From the NCBI GenBank assembly GCA_040954595.2, contig CM082582.2, positions 9,849,483 through 9,913,482 on the forward strand: DNA of 64,000 nt, written 5' to 3'. The translations under genes were made by a program, and so were the position numbers. The notes under the pieces are model-generated. The model was given only the letters and a program-made list of their open reading frames with translations. It was not told the DNA's origin and made no database searches. Positions 45,957-59,800 of this stretch are shown one piece after another. The stretch comes from Balanoglossus misakiensis (Eukaryota > Animalia > Hemichordata). The first letter of the stretch is position 1. Every line of letters begins with the position of its first letter.

Positions 45957-48900
45957 TTAAGACCCACGTTATCCTCGATTTAACGATCTGGACAGGTTTT
46001 TTTTGTTGGGCTCCCAAATTATGTCACTGTAAGCAATATAGGCTGCATAAAACATGCATGTCTGATTTTTTTCGGCTAAACTGTATCGTACTGCAAAACA
46101 AATGATGTACATGTGCCACCAAAGGGAGCTCCATAATGGCCGTTCAAAATATAAGTGTGGTCCCTATACGCCGGTAAGAGGGTGATTTTCTGTTCGTATT
46201 GGCATCTATTTGAATTGTGGGCATTGCGTTTGCTCTCGGGGACGTGAGATTAGCGTTTCTTTGCGTGGGCACGGTAAAGATTGCATCAGCAGCACGGAGT
46301 GATGCGCACGTGAGGGCGAACAGACTTCCAGTGACGTCAGATGTCAGGGCTAACAAGGCATGTTTTCCCTTCTATACCTCTGCTACAATACAGACTGACT
46401 GTGCTACGGACAGTAGTCCACGTGTTATCAGAAATAATGTGGTTAATATGATTGCCTTACTTCATCTTTTGATACCGAATACAACGCATTATGGTAAATA
46501 TTTCTTGCCAAATGTGTCAGATCCGTACTAGTGTGAAGCAGGCTTCGGCCTCCGTGACATTTGTGTGCATATATGTGCTTGTTTGTGAGAGGAGACGAGA
46601 ATAATTCACCCATCGTCTCGCGCCATTTTAAACGAACCTCTGGGAATCACAAAGACACTGAACATGGCTGAAAAGCCCCGGTAACGATACTGACTCATCA
46701 ATGCAAAGCTATAAGACCATCCCAGTTGCCTCCCCGATACTTATTCATCAAACAAATGCGTTATTAAAGTCTGTGTGCAGCCGTTGACATTACCACTCCT
46801 CTACAAAGACGCCAGAACGAGGCAATGACGCAAAACGGGAATGCGTTGCCGAGGCGACGCAAAATTGAGGGGTTGTTGACGAGATTACTGGAGTCTCATA
46901 GAAAATAGCTTTCGCTGTGTGTATTTTTGCAAGCGATGGGACAATTTGTAGCATCGAAGGCAGAAACGCCCAAATTACCCCCCTGAAATTTGAAACAAGG
47001 TCAGAAATCACAAATTCACCGAACATTTTAAGTGCCGAGGCAGAAAATACGCGGTCGCACAGCAAGTTTTACAAGGAGAGGTATGCGGTTTTTATGTCTT
47101 GTTGTTGATTAGCGGCAGCCACGTAATTTTTACACGACTGCCATTTGGAACGTGGAAAACTCATTTAGGGCCTATGGAGAGGTGGCGCACTTAAAAATGT
47201 GCTGAGACTGTGTGGACGGAATAGAATAAACGGGGGGAAACCCAGCATAATAACTCAACGCACACGCAGCGTATTACCGACACGAAGTCTTTGGGGATAC
47301 GAGATGACGTAGGTCGTAGCTATAGGCACAGCAGTCTATAGTACGACCCCAGATGCAGCCGTCCTTCGTAAGCTTCTCTCGCGCATCCCAGGGATTTTTT
47401 GTTGCAGTTCCCGTGAAATCCCAGGTAACTACACTCCGCGCGGACGAAAAACCACCACGCATGGTAGATAGATGCCAATATAGGCCTTGTCGCTGTGACG
47501 TGTTTTGGGGGTGAGTAACGACGCGGCGGCGTGAGAGAGAAGGGCCGTTGCGGCTCCGGTGAAAGTTTGCCTCTGCATTCATCTTGATGAATTGACACAT
47601 AACGAGCGAGCGAGTCCGTTTTTTGACTTCATCAGAAACCGCGACGACGACGAACTGCACTGTGCAAATTAAGAACCAAAAATCTTGCATCTTAACATAC
47701 AATAACATGCACTAGAGGACAAAAACTCAAGGCAAGGAGGAAACTGCAAGCTCGTCTCCATGGCGACGTTTCCTTACCATCCCCACCATCGCCAATCCTT
47801 GACGCTCGACCGAGTCTGCATTGGCCATATTCTGCTACAACCCAAGGGGAGATGACGAAGGCAGCGTGAGAATTCAGTTTAACATATCGCTTCTATCAAT
47901 TACACTCTTCGGGCATATGACCGGCTTCAGACTACCACAACGAAGAAATGACGTAATCACAACTCATTGAAAACCTAACTGCCGGCACTGCACGCTGAAT
48001 GAGGGTAAGATCATATTGATGTCGTCACGGATCATTTCTATAATTACTGAAAGTCGTGTTTATTTTTGTATTCATTTTATTTTAAATATGAGATGTGTAC
48101 ATCTCTGCAGTAGCATGTGCAGCGATTGTTTTTCCGTGGTCATTTGAGAGAAAAAAAATCGAAGCAATGTATAATTGCGTTCATGTCATGGGTATGCGGG
48201 CACAAAGTGTATAGAAATTTATCCGTCGATTTATGTTGAAATCGCTGCAACGCCCACGTATCGGGCGCCGACTTTCCTAGTAATTGGAGTGGATTTTAGT
48301 TATATGGCAATGCGGTGTATCGTCGTTATAATGACACACGGTGGACGTACGCCCACGCTGCCAATTCTGTCCATATTATGTAGAGGCGTTCGTGTGTGTC
48401 GCGACAAACAGTGCCCGCGCGCGGATAAACAAGAAACCACGACGGAGTAAACAGCGTGTACGATGATATGATGTAAAAATTATCGCAAACGGCCGGGAAG
48501 CAAACAACACACACGTTTAACTCAGCCTCGAGACCTTTTCATCATTGTACGTCGAAAGGTTCGGTTTGTGGAAGTTTGGTGAAAATCACAGTGTCGGAGG
48601 TTACAATTTGACCACCTGTTGAACTAGTTTAGTGTGTGCATGCCCTGACTATCACCGTTGTATCAGAAGCCGTGAGGAGGTTCAATGTAAGAACAGCTCA
48701 ATATTCAAAATTTATTGAGATGAAAATAAGGAACGTATTAAGACTACGCTAGATAGAACGAGTAAGACTCTACCGTCTGAAAAATTCACATATATATCCT
48801 ACACCATTTGCATTTATTAACATATACATGTATTACACTTAGAAACACACACTAGTAAATTCCTATGTAATTTCCATTTTCCAGAAAAATATTACCGCCC

Positions 48901-51900
48901 TCTCTCTTATGTTCACGTCGTGACCTTCACCACTACCATACGTCAATTATGTCAAACAGTCGCGTTCAAATTTACAATAAGGCTCCTTCATCCAACTATC
49001 ATGCTATTTTTCATTTTACCGACGTTGTCGTTACTGTAGAAAAAAACACACACACGCTGTCCGCGGGACAGAATTTCCGAATGATGATTTTTCGCAAATG
49101 AAATTCAATAAGCTGCCGTGTAAAGTCACTGTGTGCCATACTTAACACGTGTGTTAAAATCATGTACCCACGAAGAAAGTGCGTCATCGTTTCCCATAGC
49201 AACGCTGCCCTGGGAAGTCTAAGCGGATATGTTTCAGTGGGCTGTGGCGCAGGAAAAAAATCTTAAATGTTCTGGATAAGAAAAAATTATGCGTATACCT
49301 GCGACTGAATTGTGCAGTGACTGTTTTAACTGTCGTCTTTCAGTGGGGTTCGTCTCATGATTTCGGTGACTCGCAAATTTGTGTGTTGCTCGTTAGGGAA
49401 GGCGCGCCATTTGTATGGCGGTTCAGATTAAGCACACTACGTCACGGAGTTTAAGTTGAATAGGAAAACGGCATGCATGATAAATAGGTTAGATTGTTTA
49501 ACACGAGGACACTTGCGAACTGCATCACTTGCGGCTTCTGTGATATCGCTCTTAACTCTCGCGACTGCGCGCACGTGTGCACACACGCGCGCCCACCTGT
49601 GGCTGTGCGTGCATATGTATACGTCGACGCTTTAAACACGATCGACATCCGCCGGCACAAAATCGCTCAGGCGCTGTCGTTTTTTCCGTCAATTATTGAA
49701 TCTCCCGTGTAATTTAATCAATGGCAAGAAATCAATCGTCAATAGTTAGATATAGGTGTCATTCGAAGCACGCTCGATGTAAAGGTACCATGTGCATTAG
49801 TAATGCAATCTTTTCTCGCAATCAAGATCATATGATCATATTTGGGCGGAAGAGAGTATATTTCATGCCGATGAGTTGAAACGAAATGAGAAGAGTTCCC
49901 CGCGGACTATCATTTACACGCATCACCATTAATCGTCTACCTTCATAGACGTGACCCTCTATGAGGTCACACACCTTACCCATCCTTGTCTGCCTACGTG
50001 CCCGATCCCTTGCCAGGGCAGCTGATACAAACTTACCCAAGATGGAAAATCGTGGTTTTTTACATACGACTAGATCCAAACAGCGCCATCGCACGGTTGT
50101 TCTTTCGAAATATGATGCCTATATGCGCTAAATTCGAGCTACTTTATTCCGTTCCTCCAATGACGTAAACGAAAGCCGAAATGTCGTCATCGAAGCCCAC
50201 AATTGCGCTATAATCATCGTGCGTCGGAATTCGCTTCATTCGCTTCATCGTGCCTGTTTTAAAGAGCGCTGCTGACAACGAAATGCGAGGGTCAAATGTT
50301 GCTATGGAGATTATCATTAGATATATGTATGATTTCAGGAGTATATACCATAGCATTCACATTCGGTATTTATTCAAATTCGAAGCTGGATATTCAATAC
50401 CTTGTTCTTATCTACAACTTAGGTCATGGATCATCATTAGCGTCACGATTTCTATTCAAAACGGCATTTTACAAAAAACTGCCAAACGCTCAGATAGTCA
50501 AAAATACGATGTTGAATTAATATATGGTATTAACTTTATCATTTTGCACTGTCTGGTTCAAGACACAATTAGATTGGATGATATTCGCTACTTTGACGTT
50601 TTACTGTCGTGCAGACATGAAAGGCCGTTACCACAGCAACGCTTTTAGCAGACATTCTAGTACTGTACAGTCTACCCGGTGACCATCTTTTGAACACAAT
50701 GTTATTACCAAATCGACGCCTACATATATGACGTTTCTTGAATACAAATTTGAATCAGTCATAGTTCTCCCCAGAAAATTAAGTCGCGATTTACGATACA
50801 GCATTAAAAATCCCAGACGTAGAACTGAGCTATGAGAATTTCGAGCTTGCGTCAGTTGCGCTCACTTCTTTCGTGATCGACCCGTATTTATGGATCGTCG
50901 TGTCCGTCACTGGCGAGCTCTGATATAAAAACCGCAGAGATGATGACGTCACAGGCATAAGGAAAAAAAAGTCACAGTCGCCAACATCTGGCTGATGGAG
51001 CTTACCCGCAGTTTATCGCCTGTCCATTAAAATGTAAGACGATTGTGTTTATCGGCGAAGCCGCGCGCGAAATTGATGACGTCACGCGCGTTAAACGGAA
51101 CAACTCGCAGCAAGTGTGGGCACATGCATTAAACTCGTGTACAATTCAGGAAATAGCCCCTGTCGATGACGAAAGCGAAGTGCGAAACGTGTGCCATCAT
51201 GTCCATATTGACTTGTTGTTTTTTTTTGCCGCGTCAACCAAACCATTTATTGTTGACCAACGTGTTGCCAGGCAAACAAAGGTGACGTCACTTATTTCTG
51301 CAATGACGCCCAGATTTGTCAGGGTGGATGGATGTTCAACATGATGGGTTCACACCATGTATGACGGGTGCGAGTGTTAGTACGCTGGGGTCTGATGTCT
51401 GATTTTCACAAACGTTGGTCCACTACTGGTGCACATTGCAACTGCTGAGACTTAAACTTAACATTTATTTAGGGATATGTGACTGTTTGGTTATTTTTCG
51501 CTTTGTATTGAATTTACTGTGTTGGGGCGCTTGTTGTCGAAGAAAAATGCAATAAGCACAAAAAAGCACTTTCTCTAGAGGGACCAGATGGTGCAATGCG
51601 ATAGTAGAGCCCCCCGAAGCACAACAAGAAACACTTCCGATAAACAGCATCAAATGTAGAAAGACAGTATTAATTTCATTTTAGTAATAACAAATGTTCA
51701 ATCATCAGAGATGTTTGGTCTATCTTTCCAGCTGTAGGATTCGTTACCATGGTCACTTGGAACAATTAGCGACGTTTTCAAAACGTGCCAGCGAGAGAGT
51801 GTATTAACTCATAAATGTTCGACACACGCATATTGTGATATGCGTTCAATCAAAGAAATAAATGAACGAATGGATGTGCACAGGCCATTAAACCCTTCTG

Positions 51901-52579
51901 ACGTCACGCCGCTTCGTTTTTTTCGAATTACGATGCAGCGATGATCTTCCCGGTCGAATTCTAAGTGCACCACCGGAGTGCATAATTCAGAGGCCTTTTG
52001 CCGGTTGGAATAGCTGCGGAATCCGCACAAGGCAGATTGGCTGACATGTCTTGCCCGTCTCTCCCAACCGTTCTCGGAGGAACTCGGGTTTGCGCGATAG
52101 CCGCTCATTGGATATTCAAAGAACCTATGAATTCCGTCATTAAAATACTTCTTGTTTTGCAGAGGTTATAGTTAGTGTGCAATATTCAAGACAACGACAA
52201 GCGCGACGAACGAGAAAACGACAGTAACGGCGCAGACGACAAGGCAACACATTTTGGCTAGTTGACAAAAATTGGCTTTGCATTTTGTGTGGATTTTGTG
52301 TTTGGTACATGTACTAGTATATGGCTGGTGACAGTGCGTCAAATAAAATTTAGAGAGAGAAAAAGAGTCATTTATCTATAAAAAGTGATAGAGTAGGTAT
52401 GGTACTAATTTCATTTAGATTGATTCGAAACTGGCGGGATTAACGTGACCAGATGGAGACGTGGACAATGTGGACAGGATGAGCGCAGATGGCGTTCACT
52501 GTCAGACAGAACCACAGCAATGAAAAATGGCGACGCTCCATCAGACTTTAATTCAGGTGTGTCACTGAAAGAACCCAAT

Positions 52580-53215
52580 CGATTCTTAATAAACAGCGAC
52601 AGTTGGCAGTTACTGCACCATCTAAAGATTTTTAATGTGACAGAACGGACTTAAGAACCTGAAGAGGTATGGCGAGATTTTAAGGTCGCGAATGGGAAGA
52701 CGGGGAGCCCCGAGATGGTGTGAATTGTATTTTCCGTGCCTAGAAATAATGCGGGCAGAATCAAATTTAGATGGCAACGAGATCGACGCCCAACCGTCAC
52801 TAAACGCTTGAAAAGGTGGCTTACAAAGAGGAGAAGATCGAATTAAGGTGTCATTGATGGGGAGCGCTGACCATCCTGTCAGCAGTCGATGACAAAGTGG
52901 CAAGATAGGATTATGGTGGAAAAAAGCGATGGCGGTAGATAGGCTGTCCACAGATTGTTTTGTGACAGAAAAAAATCGAATTTATAAGTGAAGACGGGTG
53001 GTGTAATGTCATTCATGATTGCATGCAATGGTAATTATGGAAGCAGAGCTGATTGCAAAGGGGTCGGAGGCGAGAGCGGTGAATTGTGTCCAGGGCCGAA
53101 GTTGGGTAAGGCCTGTATGCATGGTCAACTGTGAGAAACGGTCTAGATGAAGAGTTAAACGACAAATCAACACGAAGCGAGTTACTAAGAGAATGGGACA
53201 TGGTGGACAGGATGT
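52580..53215 (-). pseudogene. Possible decayed tyrosine-recombinase (DIRS/Ngaro-type retroelement) fragment
   Basis: Minus-strand peptides in the expected order: CHKT (cf. SKTD), NPILPLCHRLL (cf. LCPV.AL), RSSPLCKPPFQAFSDG (cf. R....PLF...DG), GKYNSH (cf. Y..HSFR), IKNL-RWCSN....FIK (cf. I..LGRW.S....YIR). Frameshifts and stops are present. Confidence 0.35.
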
Positions 53216-53800
53216 AGACGTAATATTAGGTAGCGTTAAGATGGTTCTCTAAAATAAAACCATGACTGAAGACCCTGTGTCATATCACACACAAGTAAAA
53301 CCGAATTCATGTACATGGGAGAAATTGCAGCACAGACAATCATGTTGTCTATTTGCATCATGCATCTCCTAAAATAGAGTACAATACTTCACCCTAAACT
53401 GGGTGATGTATTTATTGCCGTGTATCAGGCAATTTTGATAAACAGGCCGTATAAGAAACAAAAACTAATTAACTATGAGAACGGAGTAAAATGATGGTTC
53501 CTGTATTTTCTCCCCCGGCTTTTTTCATTCAAATTCCGGCGATGTTTTTTTCCCTTCCATGTCTGATAAACAAGTGGACACTGGGAACCATCACTTACAG
53601 GAAATTTACAGCTTTGGCTGCGAGGGAGATGGGAAACGCAAAAGCATTTGAAATTAGCGAGGACAGTGATAGAAGTGTTTTTATTACTTTCGTGTAGAAT
53701 GTAGTACAGTGCCTCTAGCTGTATAGGAGCGGCGTGCAATGCACTACAGTATGCATAAATGTGCAATGTAGAATTTGTCTGGTTATAGGAACCGTCGTGG

Positions 53801-53875
53801 AGTACAGTATAGAATACAGTACAGTACAGCAAAGTACAGTACAGCTCAGTACAGTACAGTGCAGTACAGTACAGT
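53801..53875. repeat. Imperfect (AGTAC)n pentanucleotide repeat
   Basis: About 15 units, directly visible. Confidence 0.92.
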
Positions 53876-56800
53876 CCTTCAAACTTTCCGGGATAGATGC
53901 ACAATTAAATATTACGCCTCGAGCTGTTCGCACCGATATTGATTTCCTGTTTTTTTTGTAAAAGTCTTTAGTCTAGATAAATTTCTGGTTATATTCAGGG
54001 GCTACTCGCGTCTTCATATCTGTGACATTTATTCGACAGCTATGAAGGCTAAAGAATGTTTAATGGGAACTGTGTTCGTTCGTGCGAATGAGTCTTAATC
54101 TGTGAAGTGACGTCTTGTCTTGACGCGTCGAAACAGCGTCTGATAAACGCGAGGTGTGATGCGGTGTTGAAGGAAATAAAATCTCTGAGCGCGTTTTTCG
54201 CTGTTTATGTGCAGTGTAAAAAAACATAATCAAGCTAGCCTAAAAACTACACCAAAGAATAACAAAGTCCAGTTATATCTCTGTGCTAAACTATCGGGAA
54301 CTTGTATAACTATAGGCGATGAGATCACGGTTTCAATTCTTTTACTGTCGTTGTTATTGTTTCTACAATAGTCGTGACATATGTTGCTCTTGGTGGCGGG
54401 GTGCTATTGTTGCTGCTGGTGTCAATTAATACTAAACACCTTTCAAGAGAAACTACTTCACAAAACAATCAGCCTGTGTTTTTGAAATGGGTAATGCGGA
54501 CGTTCGCCTTGCGATGAACTCCTTCCAACAGCGGGCATGACACCAAACATACAAGGCAAGAACACGGTCGCGAAAATTTTTCGGTTAACGCTCTGCAAAA
54601 TGGCAACAACAACAAAAAATATACTACGTGGGAAATATTTCGTTCTTCGAGAATCTCCCGTTAGCTTCGGTTTACCGACGTCGAGGGTAATTTATGGGGA
54701 TAGATATGCCCGGTTAGAACATGTAGTTAGTTGAAACTGCAATCGCGAAGTTATTCGCGCGCGGAAGGAGAAATTTGGCCTTCATGGCAACCATAGAAAT
54801 TCTATCACAGTATCAGGGCATACATATTCTAAATAATTTTGAAAATCGGCTGCATTTTTGTCGTGAGTTGTGTTGCACTTGAAGATCTTTCCTGATATTG
54901 TCTCAGTCACGCTGAATTGAATGGCGACATGGCTCTTTTTAATATAAAAACGTATTCGTTGAAAATAGCCATGACAATATGTTTTCCAGGACTCCTTTGA
55001 AATCGTAAACTTGCCAGTACAGAAGGAGCAAATGCAGTGAAGTGAAACTATATATTTACTTTAAATGGGAACACGTTTCAATTACACCAGATGTTTTGAG
55101 AAAAAAAAATAGTAAGTCCAACCGACGATGTGAGGAGAGGCCGACCGGTGGAAAAAAAATCATGCCATCGCTGCGTTGTGCTGAGACATCTTTTAAAAAG
55201 GGAAATGACATGTCATTCGAAAAGAGGAATGTTCTTCGATTGAAATTTATGATCCGAGTAGTAGCGTTGATTATTTTACTATCTTGCGAAGATTCGACCA
55301 GAATTACAATCAGGGAGACCCGTGTTTACTGCTTTCTCCACGACAGACGCTGCATAATTTTCACCCCGGGACGCGGCTCATATTGGTACCTTCTTCTCCC
55401 CTCCCCCACGGTTAAATTCTTGCTAGGTTTTGTTTCAGCGTGATATAACTACTCGTTGAAAATGAAAAACAAAACAAGAATGGAAAGCGAAAAGAAATGA
55501 CCGAACGTTTCTCACAGTACTGGGTGAAATCCTGTGTATGCGCTTGTTGTTGTTGTCCAACATTCCTGTTGGTGCGCGATTTGCTCTGCAGCCGAGAAAT
55601 GCCTCAAAACTACCTCAAAAATTGCGGCGGACCGTCTAACGAAAGGTGCACACACAATCCGAAAATTTGCACCTTTTGTGAAAACTCTATGATGGAAATA
55701 TAGTCATGTACGTATTGGCAAAATAGTAATTTATACAGTAGTGATAAAACTGGAGATGTGAGAGAATGGTAGCAATTGTAATGTTGTATTATTCGTGCAA
55801 CTTGCCCAAAGTGTAGACAAATTATCGGTTCTTTCTTAACTGACATAAATGACACGGTGGTGAAGATAGGTGGTGACAGGAATTTTTAGAGAGAAAGAAA
55901 ATTGGATAACCTCGCATTTGCCAGTGGTAGTGTCACGAATAAGCTGCCAAAACGTCTGGTTAACAACCATTTTATAGTAGGGTTCTACCCAGACGTCGGA
56001 ATCCATGCACCGGCGCAGATTTTTTATTCAAAATCTTCCCTAGTCTGACACACATAGCATTGGTTTGGGCTCATATCAAAGGGCGACAGATTCGGTAAAA
56101 GTAAAAGCGATTCGTTCCAAATTGCCGTATTGTAATTATGCCCTATACATATATACTGTTGAGTATGACAAATCACGACAAACTATACCGTGGCGTTTGC
56201 AATGACGACAACATGCAAGATGTTGAGCGGGTTTCTGTTGTTTGTTATTTTTTTCGTCTGGTGTATAGAATTTATTTACCTATTTAAAATAAGATAGTAA
56301 CCCACTGTCCGTCGCTGAGATATTCAGGTTTTACTCAACCGTAGCAAGATGAAATATTTAGCTTTCCTGCACTGACATAATCCGATGCGGAAAGGGCTGG
56401 GCCCGTTAGAATTTAACTCCGACGGAAATCCAGAATCGGAGGCCACGGGTTATCGCACTCCAGATCGGAGAAACGCGGTGATATCGTGGCACACTTTGGC
56501 AGCTGTCACCTCAAATTTTACTCGAGGAATCGGCAAACTCCTCGCTGAATGTTGCAAATTAGCCTCCGGTGGCGTCGAGGCTCTTGAGCAAGAGGAAACG
56601 TCCAACATTTCAGCGATTACCGTATGTACGGTATATATTTGACAATCTGCCGACCTGTCGAACCATGACGAATGTATTTCGTAGGGAAAGAATCTCTACA
56701 ACCAAGCGAATAACTGGAAATAGGGAGATGTGAAGATGATGAAGGACCTTTTTAATGTATCATGTATGCCAAAATTGACATTAAATCTAATGTCTGTGTC

Positions 56801-59800
56801 TGACACGTGAAGAGCCCTGTTTTGTCGGAAATCTGTGATCTCAGTGATTCAGAAACACTATTTTGGGTGAAGACAGACAAGTTGCGACTAGTCAAAATTT
56901 ATTCTCAGACTGTTGCCACTTTCATTCCTAGCAATAAACGAGTTCTTGTTGTTTTGTGAATTAAAATGATTCATTTTAGGAATTTGAAAAAAATCACCCA
57001 GTGATCCTTTTGGTCAGGAATGTGGGTTCGCGGTATAGCATTGAACGCTTCTGACATGGTCACATATCTGGTACGGGAATTTTCTGATTATTTGTATTCC
57101 GCCATGTTTTTTTTCATCTTCAATCTGCTCTTATTCTGGTCACAATTCTTTTCTACCAGACATAGCCTTCATCTGGACTTTACATGTTCGGATTAGCTGC
57201 TCTTCCGCTCTATTCAAATGCCTATGAAAAATTTGCAGAATGCGACAACGATGTTCAAAATGAATGACCGTCATTAGTACCTTTTTCAAAAACGCCAAAA
57301 TCGTAGGAATTTAGTCTTCTTTACCCGAAGTGAAATCAATGTAATGTTGTGTATGATTTAAAATTCAGAATCAAATACCCCCATTTCGTTGTAAATTTAA
57401 GACCTCTTTTTGCAAGATTCGAACGAGGATGGTATTTTCAGGGCGCTGTCTTGAAAGAAGGCGAAGCTGGAGGGTCTGCTCAGTCGGCATATAATTTGAC
57501 GGCCAGATTCATGGATAGTTATTTTAAAAAATGTCAAAAAAATACATGTGCAAGGTTTCTGAAGTTTTTTTAGGCAAGGGGAAGCTGACATAAGACTATG
57601 TAGCGATGGCAACGGCGTTTATGGTTTGTGCAGGCCGTACGCATTAATACGAGTCTGTTATTAATGAACCACCTAAAGGGCCCCTCACTGTCCTCGTTCA
57701 GCACAAATACGACTAAATCCTGTTGACGAAGGGAGAGACACGAATATGGAGCCGTTCGACGGGAAAAATGTAAAATCTCAGTGATCGTCAAACGAAAACG
57801 TCTACCGTCAACGAAAATGCTTTTTTTAAAATTAATCGCGTCGTTTTAGTAGTAATTTTATTTTTGTTCAGTAGAGAAATGGCAGCAATTTTGCCAGAAT
57901 CGTTGTCATCCCTGAGTGTACAAGTGTTAAGGTAAGTACCAACATGGCAGCTTTTCTTTCTTTTAATTAGTTGTTGCTCGTCGTTTGCCGCCATTTTCTG
58001 CCACCTCGCCTCGACACGTTCGTCCCATTTTTAAAGCTATAGTCGTATGTTTTTGTTCATGAAATTTTTACAACACTTAGCGCAAATCGATGGAAATTTC
58101 AATTCGTCAAATAGATGGTGATCGGCAACAGCCTGAGTTGCTCCTACAAATTAGTTATGCATGTCTCAGTCTCTTGTTATAACCGGCGTTATGACCATTG
58201 TATAATGTCGGACTGTTCGCCGACCTGAAGGATGAAAAGTAAAATGCAAAATATCGGACAGCGACAATATTCAAGTTTGAAGCGAGCTCTGACAGCGTTT
58301 TATTTTTGTTTTTTTATGCGTTTGAATAAATTGACTTAAAATGAACGCAACAAAAGAGTCCAGATATAAAAAAAAACACGCGGCTGTGCACGTGATTGGC
58401 ATTTCTTGGAGATGTCATGCATGCACTGTTTATCGGTACAATCCACTGCCATCTCGCTCGCCATGAAAGCCCACCCCTTGATGAATGAACGGATAATTTC
58501 CGTTTCAAGATATTTCTATCATCTGCTTGACGATAAGCAATTTGCGCTCCCAAAATATCCACCTGGGAGCATTCGCGAGCGAACACAGATCGCTCGCTCT
58601 TGTGATCCTTGTTCTTGTTAGAAAGGAGGCGGCAGCAATATTTTAAATCGCCAATGCCAACACAACAACTGTGCGCTGCTCCAATTTTGAAAATATTTGA
58701 TATTTTATTTTAATGTATAACACACGAGCGATTTCTTCCAGAATTTTCAACGATATTTTAACGGACTGAGCACGTACAGAATTTAGCACTATTCAAAACG
58801 GGAGGCCATCTGGCGCGAACCAGTTCTCCGCTGAACGTTCTTGTGGAACGAAAAAATATAGTCAGAAGATCAACATTAGATTTACCGATGACCTGGTAAA
58901 GTGCTTCGAGTTCTCAATAGGTACGGCCACTAAGGATATCTGTTGAAGGGGTTATTTCGTCAATACCATCAGTCGCGTCCTCAGCTAGCTTAAAGGATGG
59001 GCGTGTCCCTGATCTGAAGTCGTTTGTTTGCGAGTGTTGCAGGACCGAGAAACTAGTATGATAATAACAGTACACCCTATGACTGTGACTACATTACAGT
59101 AACCAGGCATTTCCTCTCTTATTTTCGTTTTTGTGTGATTCCGAAATAACAAAATTCGTGTCAGTTCAAGAGATTGGAAGAACGTCAACGGTTGTGCGTT
59201 CTCAACCACAGCTTAAAAATCTTACTTCTTAGCGTTCTAGCCGCTCTTGGCACACGACAGACAAGTTGTCGTCGTCACCCAAAACTGAATCACGCAAGCC
59301 GCCTGAATTCCCAGCCTCGCTCTCAGTGCCCAACAAAACGGTGTGCCACCATCTGCCATGCTGTGCACCGGAGCGGCGCCAATCGGGGCAGACGGGGGCT
59401 GGTTTTCAGGCGCAGCACGCCAAGACGATGCGCGATGCTCGTCGGACGCACTTCAGGTGAACAAACACGCAATGACGTCACGGAATTCTTCCTTATTCAG
59501 GTCACATACAAAACACAATAAGGCACATTTTCGATCTTCATCCAAATTATTTTTCGATTGTATAGCTTTTAATTTTACGTCACTAGTCTCATGATGTTCC
59601 TTGATTTACCACCACGTAGAAAATATATAGTCCCCGTGGAGATCTCTGCGAATTTGCCATAGCTTATAGAAATTCGAGATAGCTTCTTCTTGGAAAACAG
59701 GATGGCCAACGCCCATTATTTCTTATTAATGTTCTCAACGGAGCGACCCATTCCATAGACTTCCATCGTTATCACCTTACTTGACTATGATACACGATAA

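Noticed and set aside
47274-47708. 144-aa minus-strand ORF with hydrophobic N-terminus
   Set aside because: Non-ATG start, no recognisable domain, no splice support.
53266-53302. Hammerhead-like CTGAAGA-stem-(T)AAAAC
   Set aside because: The GAAA core is absent and stems I and III are not evident.
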